Position numbers and translations under genes: made by a program. From Acidobacteriota bacterium (GTDB taxonomy: Bacteria; Acidobacteriota; Blastocatellia; HR10), in NCBI GenBank assembly GCA_030550025.1, contig JAUQQC010000003.1, forward strand, positions 37,464-101,463: DNA of 64,000 nucleotides. The letters are read 5' to 3'. This document shows positions 47,727 through 58,836 of this stretch, one piece after another. The number at the start of each line of letters is the position of its first letter. The first letter of the stretch is position 1. Under the pieces are notes generated by a model. It was not told where the DNA came from. It saw only the letters and a program-made list of their open reading frames with translations, and ran no database searches.

Positions 47727-48734
47727 TCAGGCCGAGGTCGTACGAGCTCTCATCCCCATAATGCCTTCGCGCAGCGTTCGCCCGACCCGCTCAATGAGCA
47801 GCTCAGCCTCTTGTCGGCGATAGGCCGTGAAGCTTGGCCGTCCGGCTTGATTCTCCAAGATCCACTCCCGGGCGAACGTCCCGTTTTGAATCTCAGCGAG
47901 GATCCGCCGCATCTCCGCGCGAACCTGTTCGTTGATGATCCGCGGTCCGCGCGTATAATCGCCATATTCGGCCGTATCGCTGATGGAATAACGCATATAG
48001 GCCAAGCCCCCCTCGTAGATCAAATCCACGATCAGCTTCAGCTCGTGCAGACACTCGAAATAAGCGATCTCCGGCTGATACCCGGCTTCCACCAATGTCT
48101 CAAACCCCGCTTTGATCAAGGCCGTCACGCCTCCACACAGCACCGCCTGCTCGCCGAACAAATCCGTCTCGGTCTCCTCCCGAAACGTCGTCTCGATCAC
48201 CCCGGCACGCGTCGCACCAATCCCCTTGGCGTAAGCCAGAGCTAACTCTTTGGCCCGCCCCGAGGCATTCTGATGTACGGCCAGAAGCGCCGGTACCCCT
48301 TGCCCTTCCAAGAACAACTCTCGCAATCGGTGTCCCGGTCCCTTAGGCGCCACCATCGCGACGTCCACATCCGGTGGCGGCACAATCTGGTTGTAGTGAA
48401 TGTTGAACCCATGCGCGAACAGCAACATCTTCCCCGACCGCAACGCCCGAGCGATCGCGCGCTCGTATACCTCTCGCTGCGTTTGATCCGGCACAAGGAG
48501 CATGACGAGATCGCCCCGCTCGGCTGCCTCCTCAACCGGCAGGACGGTGAGCCCCTCGGCTTCCGCCTTCGCCCAGGATCGGCTCCCTCGATATAAGCCC
48601 ACGAGCACGGTTTGTCCGCTGTCGCGTAGATTCAAGGCGTGCGCATGCCCCTGACTCCCATAGCCGATGATCGCAATCGTCTTCCCCGAAAGGAGCCGCA
48701 GATCGGCATCCTTCTCGTAATAGATCTTCGCCAT
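47727..48734 (-). CDS. ilvC: ketol-acid reductoisomerase
   Basis: Contains [12 protein letters not shown]...[21 protein letters not shown], and [22 protein letters not shown]. Confidence 0.95.
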   Translation of the reverse strand: MAKIYYEKDADLRLLSGKTIAIIGYGSQGHAHALNLRDSGQTVLVGLYRGSRSWAKAEAEGLTVLPVEEAAERGDLVMLLVPDQTQREVYERAIARALRSGKMLLFAHGFNIHYNQIVPPPDVDVAMVAPKGPGHRLRELFLEGQGVPALLAVHQNASGRAKELALAYAKGIGATRAGVIETTFREETETDLFGEQAVLCGGVTALIKAGFETLVEAGYQPEIAYFECLHELKLIVDLIYEGGLAYMRYSISDTAEYGDYTRGPRIINEQVRAEMRRILAEIQNGTFAREWILENQAGRPSFTAYRRQEAELLIERVGRTLREGIMGMRARTTSA

Positions 48735-48773
48735 CGAACGCTCCCTCCTCACCAAGGAATAGCAGGGATGCGC

Positions 48774-49247
48774 TCATCCCCGCGCCATGGCCACTTTCCC
48801 CGACCTCACCAACTCCACAATCCCATATTTCTCGAAGACGCGGATGAAGGCCTCCAACTTCTCCTCATCCCCCGTCAGCTCCAGGACATAGGACTGCGAC
48901 GAGACATCCACGACGCGCGCTCGAAAGATCTCCGCTTCCTTGAGCAACTCCAACTTCTGCCCCGGCTCATGCCGCACCTTCAACAACAACAGCTCCCGCT
49001 CAACAGCGTTTCGCGGGTTCACGGCCGTCACCGTCACGACATCCACCAGGCGATCGAGTAGCTTCAGGAGCTTCTCCAATGCCGCGTCGTCCAAATCCAC
49101 GACGATCGTCATGTGCGAGAGCGTCGGATCGTCGGTCCGCGCTACCGTCAGGCTCTCGATGTTGATCCCCCGCGCGCTGAATAATCCCGTGATCCGCGCA
49201 AGCGCTCCCGGCCTATTCTCGACGGTCAAAACGATCGTCCGAATCAT
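48774..49247 (-). CDS. ilvN: acetolactate synthase small (regulatory) subunit
   Basis: ACT domain IVLTVENRPGALARITGLFSARGINIESLTV. It directly abuts the ilvB stop. Confidence 0.9.
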   Translation of the reverse strand: MIRTIVLTVENRPGALARITGLFSARGINIESLTVARTDDPTLSHMTIVVDLDDAALEKLLKLLDRLVDVVTVTAVNPRNAVERELLLLKVRHEPGQKLELLKEAEIFRARVVDVSSQSYVLELTGDEEKLEAFIRVFEKYGIVELVRSGKVAMARG

Positions 49248-49248
49248 C

Positions 49249-50994
49249 TCACCCCATTGACGCTTTGCTGTGAGCCATCCGTTTTGAGGCCATGGGTCCG
49301 ACGATCATCTCCGTGATCGCTGCGCCCGGCGGTACCATCGGGTAGACGTTTTCCTCCGCCGCCACATGCACGTCGAAGAGAACGGGCTCGCTCGCCAACA
49401 GCTCCTGCTCGAAGAGATCGGTCAACTCCTCCGGACGCCGCACGGTATAGCCCCGCAGGCCATACGCCTCTGCGATCTTCGCATAATCGGGCGAGACGCG
49501 CAGATCGCTCGCCGAATAGCGGCCATTGTAGAAGATCTCCTGCCACTGCCGCACCATCCCCAGATAGGCATTGTTGATGATCACGATCTTCAGCGGGATG
49601 CGATGCTCCGCCACCACGGCCAACTCTTGCATCGTCATCTGAAAGCTCCCATCCCCGCAGATGGCAATGATCGGCCGATCCGGCCGCGCGAACCACGCAC
49701 CGATGGCCGCCGGCAATCCGAATCCCATCGCCCCCAACCCACCGGAGGTGATCCATGTCCGCGGATGCTTGAACCGATAATACTGCGCAGCCCACATCTG
49801 ATGCTGCCCCACGTCGGTCGTCAAAATGGCTTCCCCTTGCGTGATCCGCGCGATCTCTTCGATCACCCACTGTGGCTTGATCACCCGCTCGTCGAAGTCG
49901 TAACAGAACGGATAGGCGCGCTTCCATTCGGCGATCTGTTCCAACCACGCGCGCCGTTCGGCTTCCCACGTCATCGTCCGAAACTCCCTGAGCCGCGCTT
50001 CCAGCTCGGCATTCAAGACCGAGAGCACACGGCGCACATCCCCCACGATCGGAATATCCACGCGCACGTTCTTGTTGATCTCCGCCGGATCGATGTCGAT
50101 GTGAATCTTCCGCGCCTCGGGGGCGAACGCCGCGAGCTTGCCCGTCACTCGATCATCGAAGCGCACGCCGATGGCGATGAGCAGATCGCACCGACTGACG
50201 GCCATATTGGCATACCAACTCCCATGCATGCCGAGCATCGCGAGCGAGAGCGGATGCTCCGTTGGAAAGCCTCCAAGCCCCATCAACGTTGTCGCCACAG
50301 GAACGCGCGCCATCTCCGCCAGCCGCTGCAACTCCACCGCGCCTTCGGAAGCGATGACCCCGCCTCCGGCATAGATGACCGGACGTTTCGCTTCCAGAAT
50401 CGCCACGACCGCTTGTCGGATCGCCTCGGGATCGCCATCGAGGATCGGTCGATATCCCCGCAGCCTCACCTCCTCCGGATAGACGAATTCGCACTCGCTC
50501 AACTGAATGTCCTTGGGCAGATCCACGAGAACCGGTCCCGGCCGACCCGTCCGCGCCAGATAGAATGCCTCCCGAATGGTGCGCGCTAACTCCTCGGTGC
50601 GCAAGACCAGGTAGTTGTGCTTCGTACAGGGCCGCGTGATGCCCACCACATCCGCTTCCTGAAACGCGTCGGTTCCGATCAGCGTCGAGGGAACCTGCCC
50701 CGTGAAGATGACCATGGGCACCGAATCCATGAAGGCGCTGGCGATACCCGTCACCAGATTCGTCGCCCCCGGCCCGGAGGTCGCCATCGCCACGCCTACG
50801 CGCCCGGACGCCCGCGCATAGCCATCGGCCGCGTGCGCCGCCGCTTGCTCGTGCCGCATCAAAATGTGTCGGATCTCCGCATCATAGAGCCGATCGTAAA
50901 TCGGCAAAATCGCCCCTCCCGGATGCCCGAAGACAACGCTCACCCCCTCTCGCCGTAAACATTCGATGAAGATCTCCGTCCCTTTCATCCTCAT
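49249..50994 (-). CDS. ilvB: acetolactate synthase large subunit
   Basis: ThDP enzyme blocks [24 protein letters not shown], and [15 protein letters not shown]...GDGSFQM. Confidence 0.95.
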   Translation of the reverse strand: MRMKGTEIFIECLRREGVSVVFGHPGGAILPIYDRLYDAEIRHILMRHEQAAAHAADGYARASGRVGVAMATSGPGATNLVTGIASAFMDSVPMVIFTGQVPSTLIGTDAFQEADVVGITRPCTKHNYLVLRTEELARTIREAFYLARTGRPGPVLVDLPKDIQLSECEFVYPEEVRLRGYRPILDGDPEAIRQAVVAILEAKRPVIYAGGGVIASEGAVELQRLAEMARVPVATTLMGLGGFPTEHPLSLAMLGMHGSWYANMAVSRCDLLIAIGVRFDDRVTGKLAAFAPEARKIHIDIDPAEINKNVRVDIPIVGDVRRVLSVLNAELEARLREFRTMTWEAERRAWLEQIAEWKRAYPFCYDFDERVIKPQWVIEEIARITQGEAILTTDVGQHQMWAAQYYRFKHPRTWITSGGLGAMGFGLPAAIGAWFARPDRPIIAICGDGSFQMTMQELAVVAEHRIPLKIVIINNAYLGMVRQWQEIFYNGRYSASDLRVSPDYAKIAEAYGLRGYTVRRPEELTDLFEQELLASEPVLFDVHVAAEENVYPMVPPGAAITEMIVGPMASKRMAHSKASMG

Positions 50995-51035
50995 ATCACT
51001 GCTCTCCTTCCCACCTTGCGCGGAAGAGAGAGGAT

Positions 51036-51064
51036 AGTGTAGCGACCGCCGCGGTATTTGTAAA
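51036..51064 (-). promoter_or_regulatory. candidate sigma70 promoter TTTACA-N17-TACACT (minus strand) for ilvBNC
   Basis: Lies in the AT-rich patch of the ilvB/rpiB divergent intergenic region. Confidence 0.35.
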
Positions 51065-51174
51065 ATTTATTCTTTTTTTGCCGGAATCACCAATCTTTAT
51101 GGCTTGATCGCCCTCCCCTTCGCTGAAGTTCTCTGATACACTTTCGCCGAAAGGTGAGACGAGGGAGGCCGATC

Positions 51175-51657
51175 ATGCGCATCGTCATCGGAGCCGATCA
51201 TGCGGGGTTTGAGCTGAAGCGAATGCTTGTCACCTATGTGCGCGTGCTGGGTCACGAGGTGGAGGACCTCGGGACCGAGAGCGCGGATCCGGTGGACTAT
51301 CCCGACTATGCCGAAGCCGTCGCCCTCGCCGTGCGCGAGGGGCGCGCCGAGCGCGGCATCCTCATCTGCGGCAGCGGCGTCGGCGCTTCGGTCGCCGCCA
51401 ACAAGGTGCCAGGGATTCGCGCCGGCCTCTGCCATGATACGTATTCGGCGCGCCAAGGTGTCGAACACGATGACCTCAATGTGCTCGTGCTCGGCGCGCG
51501 CGTCATCGGGCCAGAATTGGCGAAGGAGCTCGTGCGGGCGTTCCTGGAGGCGCGCTTCAGCAGCGAGGAGCGCCATCTCCGCCGCTTGGAGAAGCTGCGT
51601 CGGCTCGAAGCCCGCTTCCTGAAGACCGACGACCAACGACGCGAGCACGCGCGATGA
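51175..51657 (+). CDS. rpiB: ribose-5-phosphate isomerase B
   Basis: Contains [15 protein letters not shown] and [26 protein letters not shown] at 51175 follows GGGAGG. Confidence 0.85.
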   Translation: MRIVIGADHAGFELKRMLVTYVRVLGHEVEDLGTESADPVDYPDYAEAVALAVREGRAERGILICGSGVGASVAANKVPGIRAGLCHDTYSARQGVEHDDLNVLVLGARVIGPELAKELVRAFLEARFSSEERHLRRLEKLRRLEARFLKTDDQRREHAR

Positions 51658-52502
51658 CGTATCGAACCCTGATCTCGACCTCGGTGCTCAACCAACATCT
51701 GGATGATCCGGCATGGGTGCTCGTGGATTGCCGCTTCGCGCTCGACGATCCAACTCGCGGCGAGCGCGACTATGAACAGGGGCATATCCCGGGCGCTCTC
51801 TACGCACATTTGGAACGAGACCTCACCGGCACGGTCATCCCTGGCAAGACTGGGCGTCATCCGCTTCCTTCCGTGGAGGAGCTGGTCGAACGCTTCAGCG
51901 CGTGGGGCATTGACGCGAACGTCCAAGTCGTCGCCTATGATGACAGTGGCGGTTCAATGGCGGCGCGGCTCTGGTGGCTACTGCGGTGGCTCGGCCACGA
52001 AGCCGTCGCCGTACTCGATGGCGGTTGGCCATGGTGGCGCGCCGAAGGCCGTCCGTTTCGTCGCGGGCGCGAGTGGCGCTCACCCCGCCGCTTCATTCCT
52101 CGCCCCCGTCCGGAGCTGGTGGCGAGCGTCGAGGACGTCCTGGCCGCCCTGCAGGATCCGAGCTTCCGCTTGATCGATGCGCGGAGCCTGGAACGCTATC
52201 GCGGCGAGCATGAGCCGATCGATCCGGTGGCCGGGCACATCCCTGGAGCCATCTGCGCGCCGTATCTCGAAAACCTCGACGCTCGAGGCCTCTTTCGCCC
52301 GGCCGCTGAGCTGCGCGCGCGCTTCGAGCAGCTACTTGGCGACACCCCCCCTTCGCGCGCGATCTTTTACTGCGGCTCCGGCGTGACGGCGGCGCATAAT
52401 CTACTGGCGCTCTTGCACGCGGGCTTGGGCGAAGCGCGACTTTATCCCGGCTCCTGGAGCGAATGGATCACCGACCCGATGCGTCCGATCGAACGCGCGT
52501 GA
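51654..52502 (+). CDS. sseA: two-domain rhodanese sulfurtransferase (thiosulfate/3-mercaptopyruvate type)
   Basis: Tandem rhodanese domains with active-site loop [10 protein letters not shown]. Its start overlaps the rpiB stop (ATGA). Confidence 0.85.
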   Translation: MTYRTLISTSVLNQHLDDPAWVLVDCRFALDDPTRGERDYEQGHIPGALYAHLERDLTGTVIPGKTGRHPLPSVEELVERFSAWGIDANVQVVAYDDSGGSMAARLWWLLRWLGHEAVAVLDGGWPWWRAEGRPFRRGREWRSPRRFIPRPRPELVASVEDVLAALQDPSFRLIDARSLERYRGEHEPIDPVAGHIPGAICAPYLENLDARGLFRPAAELRARFEQLLGDTPPSRAIFYCGSGVTAAHNLLALLHAGLGEARLYPGSWSEWITDPMRPIERA

Positions 52503-52605
52503 TGCGCTCCGGCCCTGAAAGCGCGCGATCGCTGTCCCTCCGTTGCACGATCGCCGAAGGGAGCGATAAACTAACGGCTCACATCAAGCGCGAAGGGAAG
52601 AGCAT

Positions 52606-54360
52606 ATGAGAAGCGCATGGCTAGTGGCATTCATTCTCTGGCTCTCGATGCCTCCATCGGCTCTCCCGCGACAGAACGTCTCCTCGCCGCTCGCTCCGGA
52701 GGATCGCGCGTGGGTCGAAGAGACGCTCCGACAGATGACGCTGGAGGAGAAGATTGGGCAGATGCTCATTCCCGCGATGGCGCCCGTCTTCATGAATCGG
52801 GAGAGCGAAGAGTTCCGCCGCATCGAGCGGAACATCGTGGAGTTTCACGTCGGTGGCTATCATGCCTTCGGTGGGGATCCGGTCGCTCTGGCCGCCTTGC
52901 TGAATCGCATGCAGCGACTGGCGAAGATCCCGCTCTTGATCACCGCGGATCTTGAAGGCGGACCGGGATACCAGTTTCGCGGAGCGACGCGATTGCCGCG
53001 CGCGATGGCGTTGGGAGCGACCGGGAGCGAGGAGCTGGCTTATCACGCGGGTCAGATCACGGCCATCGAGGGGCGCGCCTTAGGGATTCACGTGAATTTC
53101 TATCCCGTCCTGGACGTCAACAATAATCCGCGGAACCCGATCATCAACATCCGGTCCTTCGGCGAGGACGTCGCTTTGGTCTCGCGCCTGGGCCAGGCCT
53201 ATATTCGCGGGGCGCAAGAGAACGGGCAACTGGCAACGGCCAAGCATTTCCCCGGGCATGGTGACACGAGCCAGGATTCGCATCTGGAGCTGCCCGTCAT
53301 CGCGGTTGGCCGCGACCGCCTCGATCGAATCGAGCTACCGCCTTTTCGCGCGGCGATCCGCGCCGGCGTCGCCGCGATCATGACCGCGCACATTGCCCTT
53401 CCGCAATTGGAGCCGGAGAAAGGCGTGCCGGCAACGCTCTCGCCCGCAATCCTCACCGGATTGCTTCGAACGGAGCTGGGGTTTCAAGGTCTGATCTTCA
53501 CCGATGCCATGGAGATGCGCGGGATCGCCGATCACTTCACGCCGGAGGAAGCGACTGTGCGCGCCGTTCGAGCGGGCGCGGACGTGATCCTCTTTCCCGT
53601 GGATGTCGAGAAGTCCTTCACGGCCCTTCGGCAAGCCGTCGAGCGCGGCGAGATCCCCCTGGAGCGGATCGAGGCCTCCGTGCGGCGCCTCCTGGAAGCG
53701 AAAGCGCGACTCGGCCTGCATCGGAATCGGTACGTGGATCTGGATCAAATCGAAGCGATCGTCGGGAATCGGGAGCACCAGCAGTGGGCGCGCATGATGA
53801 TCGAACGCGCCATCACCTTGGTGCGCGATGAGCGGCGCGTGCTCCCGCTCGCGCTCGATGAGACGCGGCGCGTCCTACTGCTGACGATCCTCGACGCGCG
53901 CGAAGGATGGCGAGAGGGCACGCCCGGGAGCGCCTTTCGCGCAGAACTCCTCAAACGCCATCGGAACGTGATCGAAGTGACCATTGACGAGAAGACCTCG
54001 CGCGAGACGATCGAAGTCGTGAAGAAGCTGGCCGATCTCTGCGACGTCATCCTGGCTAACGGCTTCATCCGCATCGCCGCGTACAAAGGCTCCATTGATC
54101 TGACCGAAGAACAACTAGCGCTTCTTCGCGCGCTCTCGAAATCGGAGAAGCCTTTCGTCTTCACGCTCTTCGGAAGCCCTTACGTGCTCTCGTTCGTGCC
54201 CGAGCTGCCGACGTACATCTTGACCTACGAGTACTACCCGGAGGCTGAGCGCGCGGCTCTGCGCGCCGTCCTCGGCGAGATCCCCTTCACCGGGAAATTA
54301 CCGATCAGCCTGCCAGGCGCTTATCCGATCGGGCACGGCCTCACTCCGACCGCGCGATAG
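52606..54360 (+). CDS. glycoside hydrolase family 3 (NagZ-like beta-N-acetylhexosaminidase) with C-terminal domain
   Basis: Signal peptide, KHFPGHGDTSQDSH, and FTDAMEMRGI. Confidence 0.85.
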   Translation: MRSAWLVAFILWLSMPPSALPRQNVSSPLAPEDRAWVEETLRQMTLEEKIGQMLIPAMAPVFMNRESEEFRRIERNIVEFHVGGYHAFGGDPVALAALLNRMQRLAKIPLLITADLEGGPGYQFRGATRLPRAMALGATGSEELAYHAGQITAIEGRALGIHVNFYPVLDVNNNPRNPIINIRSFGEDVALVSRLGQAYIRGAQENGQLATAKHFPGHGDTSQDSHLELPVIAVGRDRLDRIELPPFRAAIRAGVAAIMTAHIALPQLEPEKGVPATLSPAILTGLLRTELGFQGLIFTDAMEMRGIADHFTPEEATVRAVRAGADVILFPVDVEKSFTALRQAVERGEIPLERIEASVRRLLEAKARLGLHRNRYVDLDQIEAIVGNREHQQWARMMIERAITLVRDERRVLPLALDETRRVLLLTILDAREGWREGTPGSAFRAELLKRHRNVIEVTIDEKTSRETIEVVKKLADLCDVILANGFIRIAAYKGSIDLTEEQLALLRALSKSEKPFVFTLFGSPYVLSFVPELPTYILTYEYYPEAERAALRAVLGEIPFTGKLPISLPGAYPIGHGLTPTAR

Positions 54361-54369
54361 GAGGGATAC

Positions 54370-55272
54370 ATGCGTCTCGGATTCATCGGACTCGGCACGA
54401 TGGGCCGCCCTATGGCGACGCGCCTCCTCAAGGCGGGATTCACCCTGACCGTCCATAATCGCACGGCGAGCAAGGCGCACCCGCTTCTGGAGATGGGAGC
54501 CAGCTGGGCGTCCTCGCCCGCTGAGCTCGCCCAAACGTCCGACGTCGTGATCACCATCCTCTCAGATACGCCCGACGTCGAAGCCGTGCTCTTCGGCCCG
54601 AAGGGAATCTGGGAAGGGATCCGCCCAGGGAGCGTCTTGATCGAGATGAGCACGATCGCTCCGGATGCGGCCGTGCGGTTCGCTCAGCGCCTCACCGAGA
54701 GGGCGTGCGAGATGCTCGACGCGCCCGTCAGCGGTGGGGAGCGCGGGGCCATTGAAGGTACGCTCGCCATCATGGTCGGGGGACGAGAAGACGTCTTCCA
54801 TCAGTGCTTGCCGATCCTGCGCGCTCTCGGGAAGACGATCGTCTACACGGGACCGAACGGGAATGGTCAAAAGACGAAGCTCGTCAATCAACTCATCTGC
54901 GCGTTGAACATCGTGGCCGTGGCCGAAGGGATTCACCTGGCTGAGCGGCTCGGTCTCGATGTGGAGACCACGCTGCGCGCCATCTCACAGGGAGCAGCCG
55001 CCTCCTGGATGCTCGCGAATCTCGCTCCCAAGATCCTCCAGAACGACTTCACGCCGGGCTTCAAGATCGCCCTTCAGCAGAAAGACCTGCGCCTGGTGCG
55101 CGAAGCCATTCAACGAACTTGCGGTCGAGAGGCTCCCGAAAATCCTGACCTCGGGCCAACAGCCTTTCCCGGAGCCGAGCTCGCTTTTCGCCTCTTCAGC
55201 GAAGCCCTCAGGGAAGGACTCGGCGAGATGGGGACACAAGGATTGATCGTCCTTTATCGGCACCGCGCCTGA
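54370..55272 (+). CDS. NAD(P)-dependent 3-hydroxyisobutyrate dehydrogenase-family oxidoreductase
   Basis: Contains MRLGFIGLGTMGRPMATRLLKAG (Rossmann), DAPVSGG, and GNGQKTKLVNQ. RBS GGAGGG. Confidence 0.85.
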   Translation: MRLGFIGLGTMGRPMATRLLKAGFTLTVHNRTASKAHPLLEMGASWASSPAELAQTSDVVITILSDTPDVEAVLFGPKGIWEGIRPGSVLIEMSTIAPDAAVRFAQRLTERACEMLDAPVSGGERGAIEGTLAIMVGGREDVFHQCLPILRALGKTIVYTGPNGNGQKTKLVNQLICALNIVAVAEGIHLAERLGLDVETTLRAISQGAAASWMLANLAPKILQNDFTPGFKIALQQKDLRLVREAIQRTCGREAPENPDLGPTAFPGAELAFRLFSEALREGLGEMGTQGLIVLYRHRA

Positions 55273-55339
55273 GTCGTCCCCTCCCGCCAAGGAGAGAGCG
55301 CCTTGCACGAGACATCCGCCCCCCAGCTGAAGCCGCTTC

Positions 55340-57883
55340 TCACCACGTCACGCGCTCGGATGCCGCGTAGAGCAAGGCGTTAAAGACCGTCGCGAATGTG
55401 GCATATGACTGCCCGCGATACTGCGGTCGGAAGCCGAAGAGGATCACGCGGCCGCGACCGACCGGGACTTCGACGAGTGCCGCTTTCCCTGAGAGTCGCT
55501 CCCCTCCAAGCAGCCACCCGCTCAACAGCGGATCGCCCGCCGGATACCGTGCGATGACGATGGCCGAACCGCCAACCTCAAAGGCCGGTCCTTCTTCAAA
55601 CCAAATCGCCGCTTCGCGCTCCATCCCGAAGGCGACCGGATGCGTGGGATCAAATTCGGCCTTCAGGATCGAGCCCGGTCCGTAAAACTCCCGCTCCGAA
55701 ACGCCCGCGAGGACATTGCGGACATCCGGTCGCATCCCATTCAAGATCACCTCCGACGCTTGATTGAAGGCGATCACACTCCCGCCGTCTTCGGCGAATC
55801 GCCGCAGATGGGTCAATCCCACTTCTCCAATGCCGCCCGTATACTCCTCGGGCATCGTGCCCGGCCGATGTCCCTCCAGGATCACCCGCGCGGTCTGATC
55901 CGGCAAGATGATCGCATCGAACCGATGGCGCAAGTTCCCTGCGCGCACATCCCGATCGTAGATGTTCTCGTACGGGATACCGAATTGATCAAAGACCCAA
56001 CGCGTCCATCCTTCGTCCATTGAGGGGACATAGCTTCGATAAAGCCCCACACGAGGCAACCGCAGCTCCAACAAGGTTCCGCGTGGACGCTCCCGAACGG
56101 CTTGAACCGAGATCGAGAAGCGCCGAGCGGTCTCCTCCAAGAGCGCCTCCTGTCCGGCAGGGACGAACGCCGTACCAGACGGGAACGCAGAGGACTCCAA
56201 GAGGCGATACACGCGCACCCCTCGCTTAAGCAGGTCGAAGAGAGCGGCGATCTCCCGATGCCCCTCCGGTCGGATCACGTACCCATGCGATGACTTCCCC
56301 CCTACGATCCCTCCCGTCGGCTCTTCCGCGCGATCCACACGCTCCCATGGGACGGAGAACGGCCGAGCGATCTCCACGACGTTCACCCCCATGAGCAACG
56401 GGAGCGTATGCGCCGTCACATCGTAGGGACGCTTCGGCGGCCCCCCTGGATATTCGCGCAAGTCGGGATAACGCTGCCGTTCCAGCAGCGCCTTCGCGAA
56501 CGCTCCATAGGGCTGCGCCAACGGGATGATGAGACTCCCTGCCGGAAACACTCGCCCATCGGCGTGAAAGTCCGCCTGCGCCTTCCACACCTCCACCAAT
56601 CCGAAGCGCAAGACCTCGACCAGTTTTCGCGCCGCAGCCGGATCCTTCTGCTCCGGAGGGATGATGAAAGCAAAAGGTGGCTCTTCCCGTTCGACCGCGC
56701 GCCTCCCGATCCGATAGAAGTTCCACAAAAAGTGATCCCGATGTCGCGCCGCCGTCTGCAAGAGTGAGAAAAAGGCCGAGAGTTGATAGTCCACGATGTC
56801 GCGCAAGCGCCAGATCCCTCCGGGCCAAGGCTCCGGGAAATTCCAGCTCGGCTGCCGCGCATCATAGCCGCGCCCACCTCGCAGCCGCTCGAATGGGATT
56901 TCGATCGGCGAGGCGATGCGCACGCTCGCCGATTCCGTCAAGATTCGTAATCCACCGTGATAACACTGATAGCATCGCGCTGGCGTCCAGAGGTCATAGA
57001 TCGCGTTGACGACGACCCCTTTCTTCCCTTCCGCCGTCAGATCGGCCGCCATCTTCATCCCCAACCAATTCATCTCCTGCACGAGGATCGGATCAATGTT
57101 GGGTTCGATCGGATCAATCCACGGCGGCATGAAGATGCGCGCTCCCAACGCTCCCATCTGGTGCACATCGTAAACGATCTGCGGATGCCAAGCGTTGTGG
57201 GCCTTCTCCACCGTGAGTCGCGTCTCCACCTGCGTGAACATGTACCAATCCCGATTGTTGTCATGCCCGACGTACTGGTGATAGAGCCACGGCGGACTCG
57301 TCCCCTCATATGGCGTACCGAGCGTTCGCTGATACCACTCGTAGACCATCTGATTCCCATCGGGATTAAGCGAAGGGATGAGCAAGAGGATCACGTTCTC
57401 CAGGATCTCGCGCACGCGCGGCGAATCCTCAGTCGCCATGCGCCAGGCGAATTCGACAGCCGTTTGCGCGCTGGCGACCTCCGTCGAGTGGATGTTGCAC
57501 GTGATCAGGACGACGACCTTCCCGCGCTCGATCAGCGCACGCGCCTCGGTCTCGGAAAGACCGCGTGGATCGGCGAGCCGCTTTTGGATCTGTCGGTACT
57601 CCTCCAACCGAGCGAGCGTCGACGGAGCCGCGATGATCGCCATGATGAAAGGACGTCCTTCTGTGCTTCGACCCAATTCCACGACGCTCACACGATCCGA
57701 CCCCTCATCCAGTCGCCGGAAATACTCGACGATCTGCGGCCAACTGGCGAGCCGACGATCCTCCCCGATGTCGAACCCCAAATGTTCCTTCGGGGAGGGA
57801 ACGGCTCGCTGCGCCGCGAGGATCACTTCAGCTACGAGGATCAGAGCGAGGATGCTTCGCAGATGACGCGCGAATCGAAACAT
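55340..57883 (-). CDS. secreted M14-family zinc carboxypeptidase-like protein (large, multi-domain)
   Basis: Signal peptide, ITCNIHSTEVAS (HxxE zinc site), and HQYVGHDNNRDW. 847 aa. RBS GGAGGAGGG. Confidence 0.8.
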   Translation of the reverse strand: MFRFARHLRSILALILVAEVILAAQRAVPSPKEHLGFDIGEDRRLASWPQIVEYFRRLDEGSDRVSVVELGRSTEGRPFIMAIIAAPSTLARLEEYRQIQKRLADPRGLSETEARALIERGKVVVLITCNIHSTEVASAQTAVEFAWRMATEDSPRVREILENVILLLIPSLNPDGNQMVYEWYQRTLGTPYEGTSPPWLYHQYVGHDNNRDWYMFTQVETRLTVEKAHNAWHPQIVYDVHQMGALGARIFMPPWIDPIEPNIDPILVQEMNWLGMKMAADLTAEGKKGVVVNAIYDLWTPARCYQCYHGGLRILTESASVRIASPIEIPFERLRGGRGYDARQPSWNFPEPWPGGIWRLRDIVDYQLSAFFSLLQTAARHRDHFLWNFYRIGRRAVEREEPPFAFIIPPEQKDPAAARKLVEVLRFGLVEVWKAQADFHADGRVFPAGSLIIPLAQPYGAFAKALLERQRYPDLREYPGGPPKRPYDVTAHTLPLLMGVNVVEIARPFSVPWERVDRAEEPTGGIVGGKSSHGYVIRPEGHREIAALFDLLKRGVRVYRLLESSAFPSGTAFVPAGQEALLEETARRFSISVQAVRERPRGTLLELRLPRVGLYRSYVPSMDEGWTRWVFDQFGIPYENIYDRDVRAGNLRHRFDAIILPDQTARVILEGHRPGTMPEEYTGGIGEVGLTHLRRFAEDGGSVIAFNQASEVILNGMRPDVRNVLAGVSEREFYGPGSILKAEFDPTHPVAFGMEREAAIWFEEGPAFEVGGSAIVIARYPAGDPLLSGWLLGGERLSGKAALVEVPVGRGRVILFGFRPQYRGQSYATFATVFNALLYAASERVTW

Positions 57884-58137
57884 ACGTCCCTCCTCCTTCA
57901 GGTCTTCTTCACCTTCTCGCGGAGAGGGGGGATTTTACGCGAATCGCCGGGAGGAGGACAAGAGGCGTGTCCCCTTCCCGGAGGTTCGCTCGACGGTACG
58001 AAAAAATCCGTGCAACATTCGCTCGCCGCCTCGCCGTCCCATCTGGCGGATGACCGGACGAGAGACGACGCCGCAGGCGGGCATCAAGCCCTCGCGACGT
58101 CGCTCTCGGGAGAGATCTGCTTTGGAGGCGAAGGACG

Positions 58138-58782
58138 ATGAAGAAACGCATAGCAATGACAATGCTCGCGCTCGCGCCGATTCTTCTCTTTCCCCATTCC
58201 CGAACGGCGTCCTCCGATCCCCCTCAAAATCCGGGGATCGTCGGCGTCGAAGGCCTCGACGTTCAGAGCCTCTTTCAGACGCTCGATCTCTTCGTTCAAA
58301 ATCGGGCCGGGGAGATCGGGATGACCATCGACTCCAGCCAAGCGAAACTCTTGCAGATCGGCGATACGCCAGTGACGCTGACGCCAGCTTCCTCGTGGGA
58401 CCCGCGGCGTTTGGGCACGGTGGGCCTCCTCGAGGCAGGGAAAGCATTCTCTGTACAGAATAAGATGCTGCCGGCCGGACTTTATACGCTGGAAATCGGC
58501 GGCCATCCGCAAACGCGCCGCCTCTCCTTGAATTTCCGCGATCAGTTCGGGAACATCGTCGCCAGCCTCCCGGCCACCGAATACAAATTCACGCCGCTCC
58601 CCAAGCGCGCGTCGGCCAAAGACGTTGAAGCCGCACAATCGTTACTGGGGATCATCGGTCCGGCCATCGGCTTCAACGTCGTCCTCACCAACACGCCGCC
58701 GTTTTTCAAGGTCGTCCCGTGCTTGGGCTTCGTCGTGCCCATCGGCGTCGGCTTGGTGAACGTCGGATTCTGTCTCGGATGA
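58138..58782 (+). CDS. hypothetical secreted protein with hydrophobic C-terminus
   Basis: Signal-like MKKRIAMTMLALAPILLFP. C-terminal GFVVPIGVGLVNVGFCLG. No motif I recognise. Confidence 0.5.
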   Translation: MKKRIAMTMLALAPILLFPHSRTASSDPPQNPGIVGVEGLDVQSLFQTLDLFVQNRAGEIGMTIDSSQAKLLQIGDTPVTLTPASSWDPRRLGTVGLLEAGKAFSVQNKMLPAGLYTLEIGGHPQTRRLSLNFRDQFGNIVASLPATEYKFTPLPKRASAKDVEAAQSLLGIIGPAIGFNVVLTNTPPFFKVVPCLGFVVPIGVGLVNVGFCLG

Positions 58783-58804
58783 ACGAAACGAGAAGCCCCT
58801 CCTA

Positions 58805-58835
58805 GGCGATGCGCCAGCAAGGGTGGCGCATCGCC
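58805..58835. terminator. perfect 12-bp hairpin between convergent genes
   Basis: ggcgatgcgcca-gcaaggg-tggcgcatcgcc fills the gap between the stops at 58782 (+) and 58837 (-). Confidence 0.6.
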
Positions 58836-58836
58836 C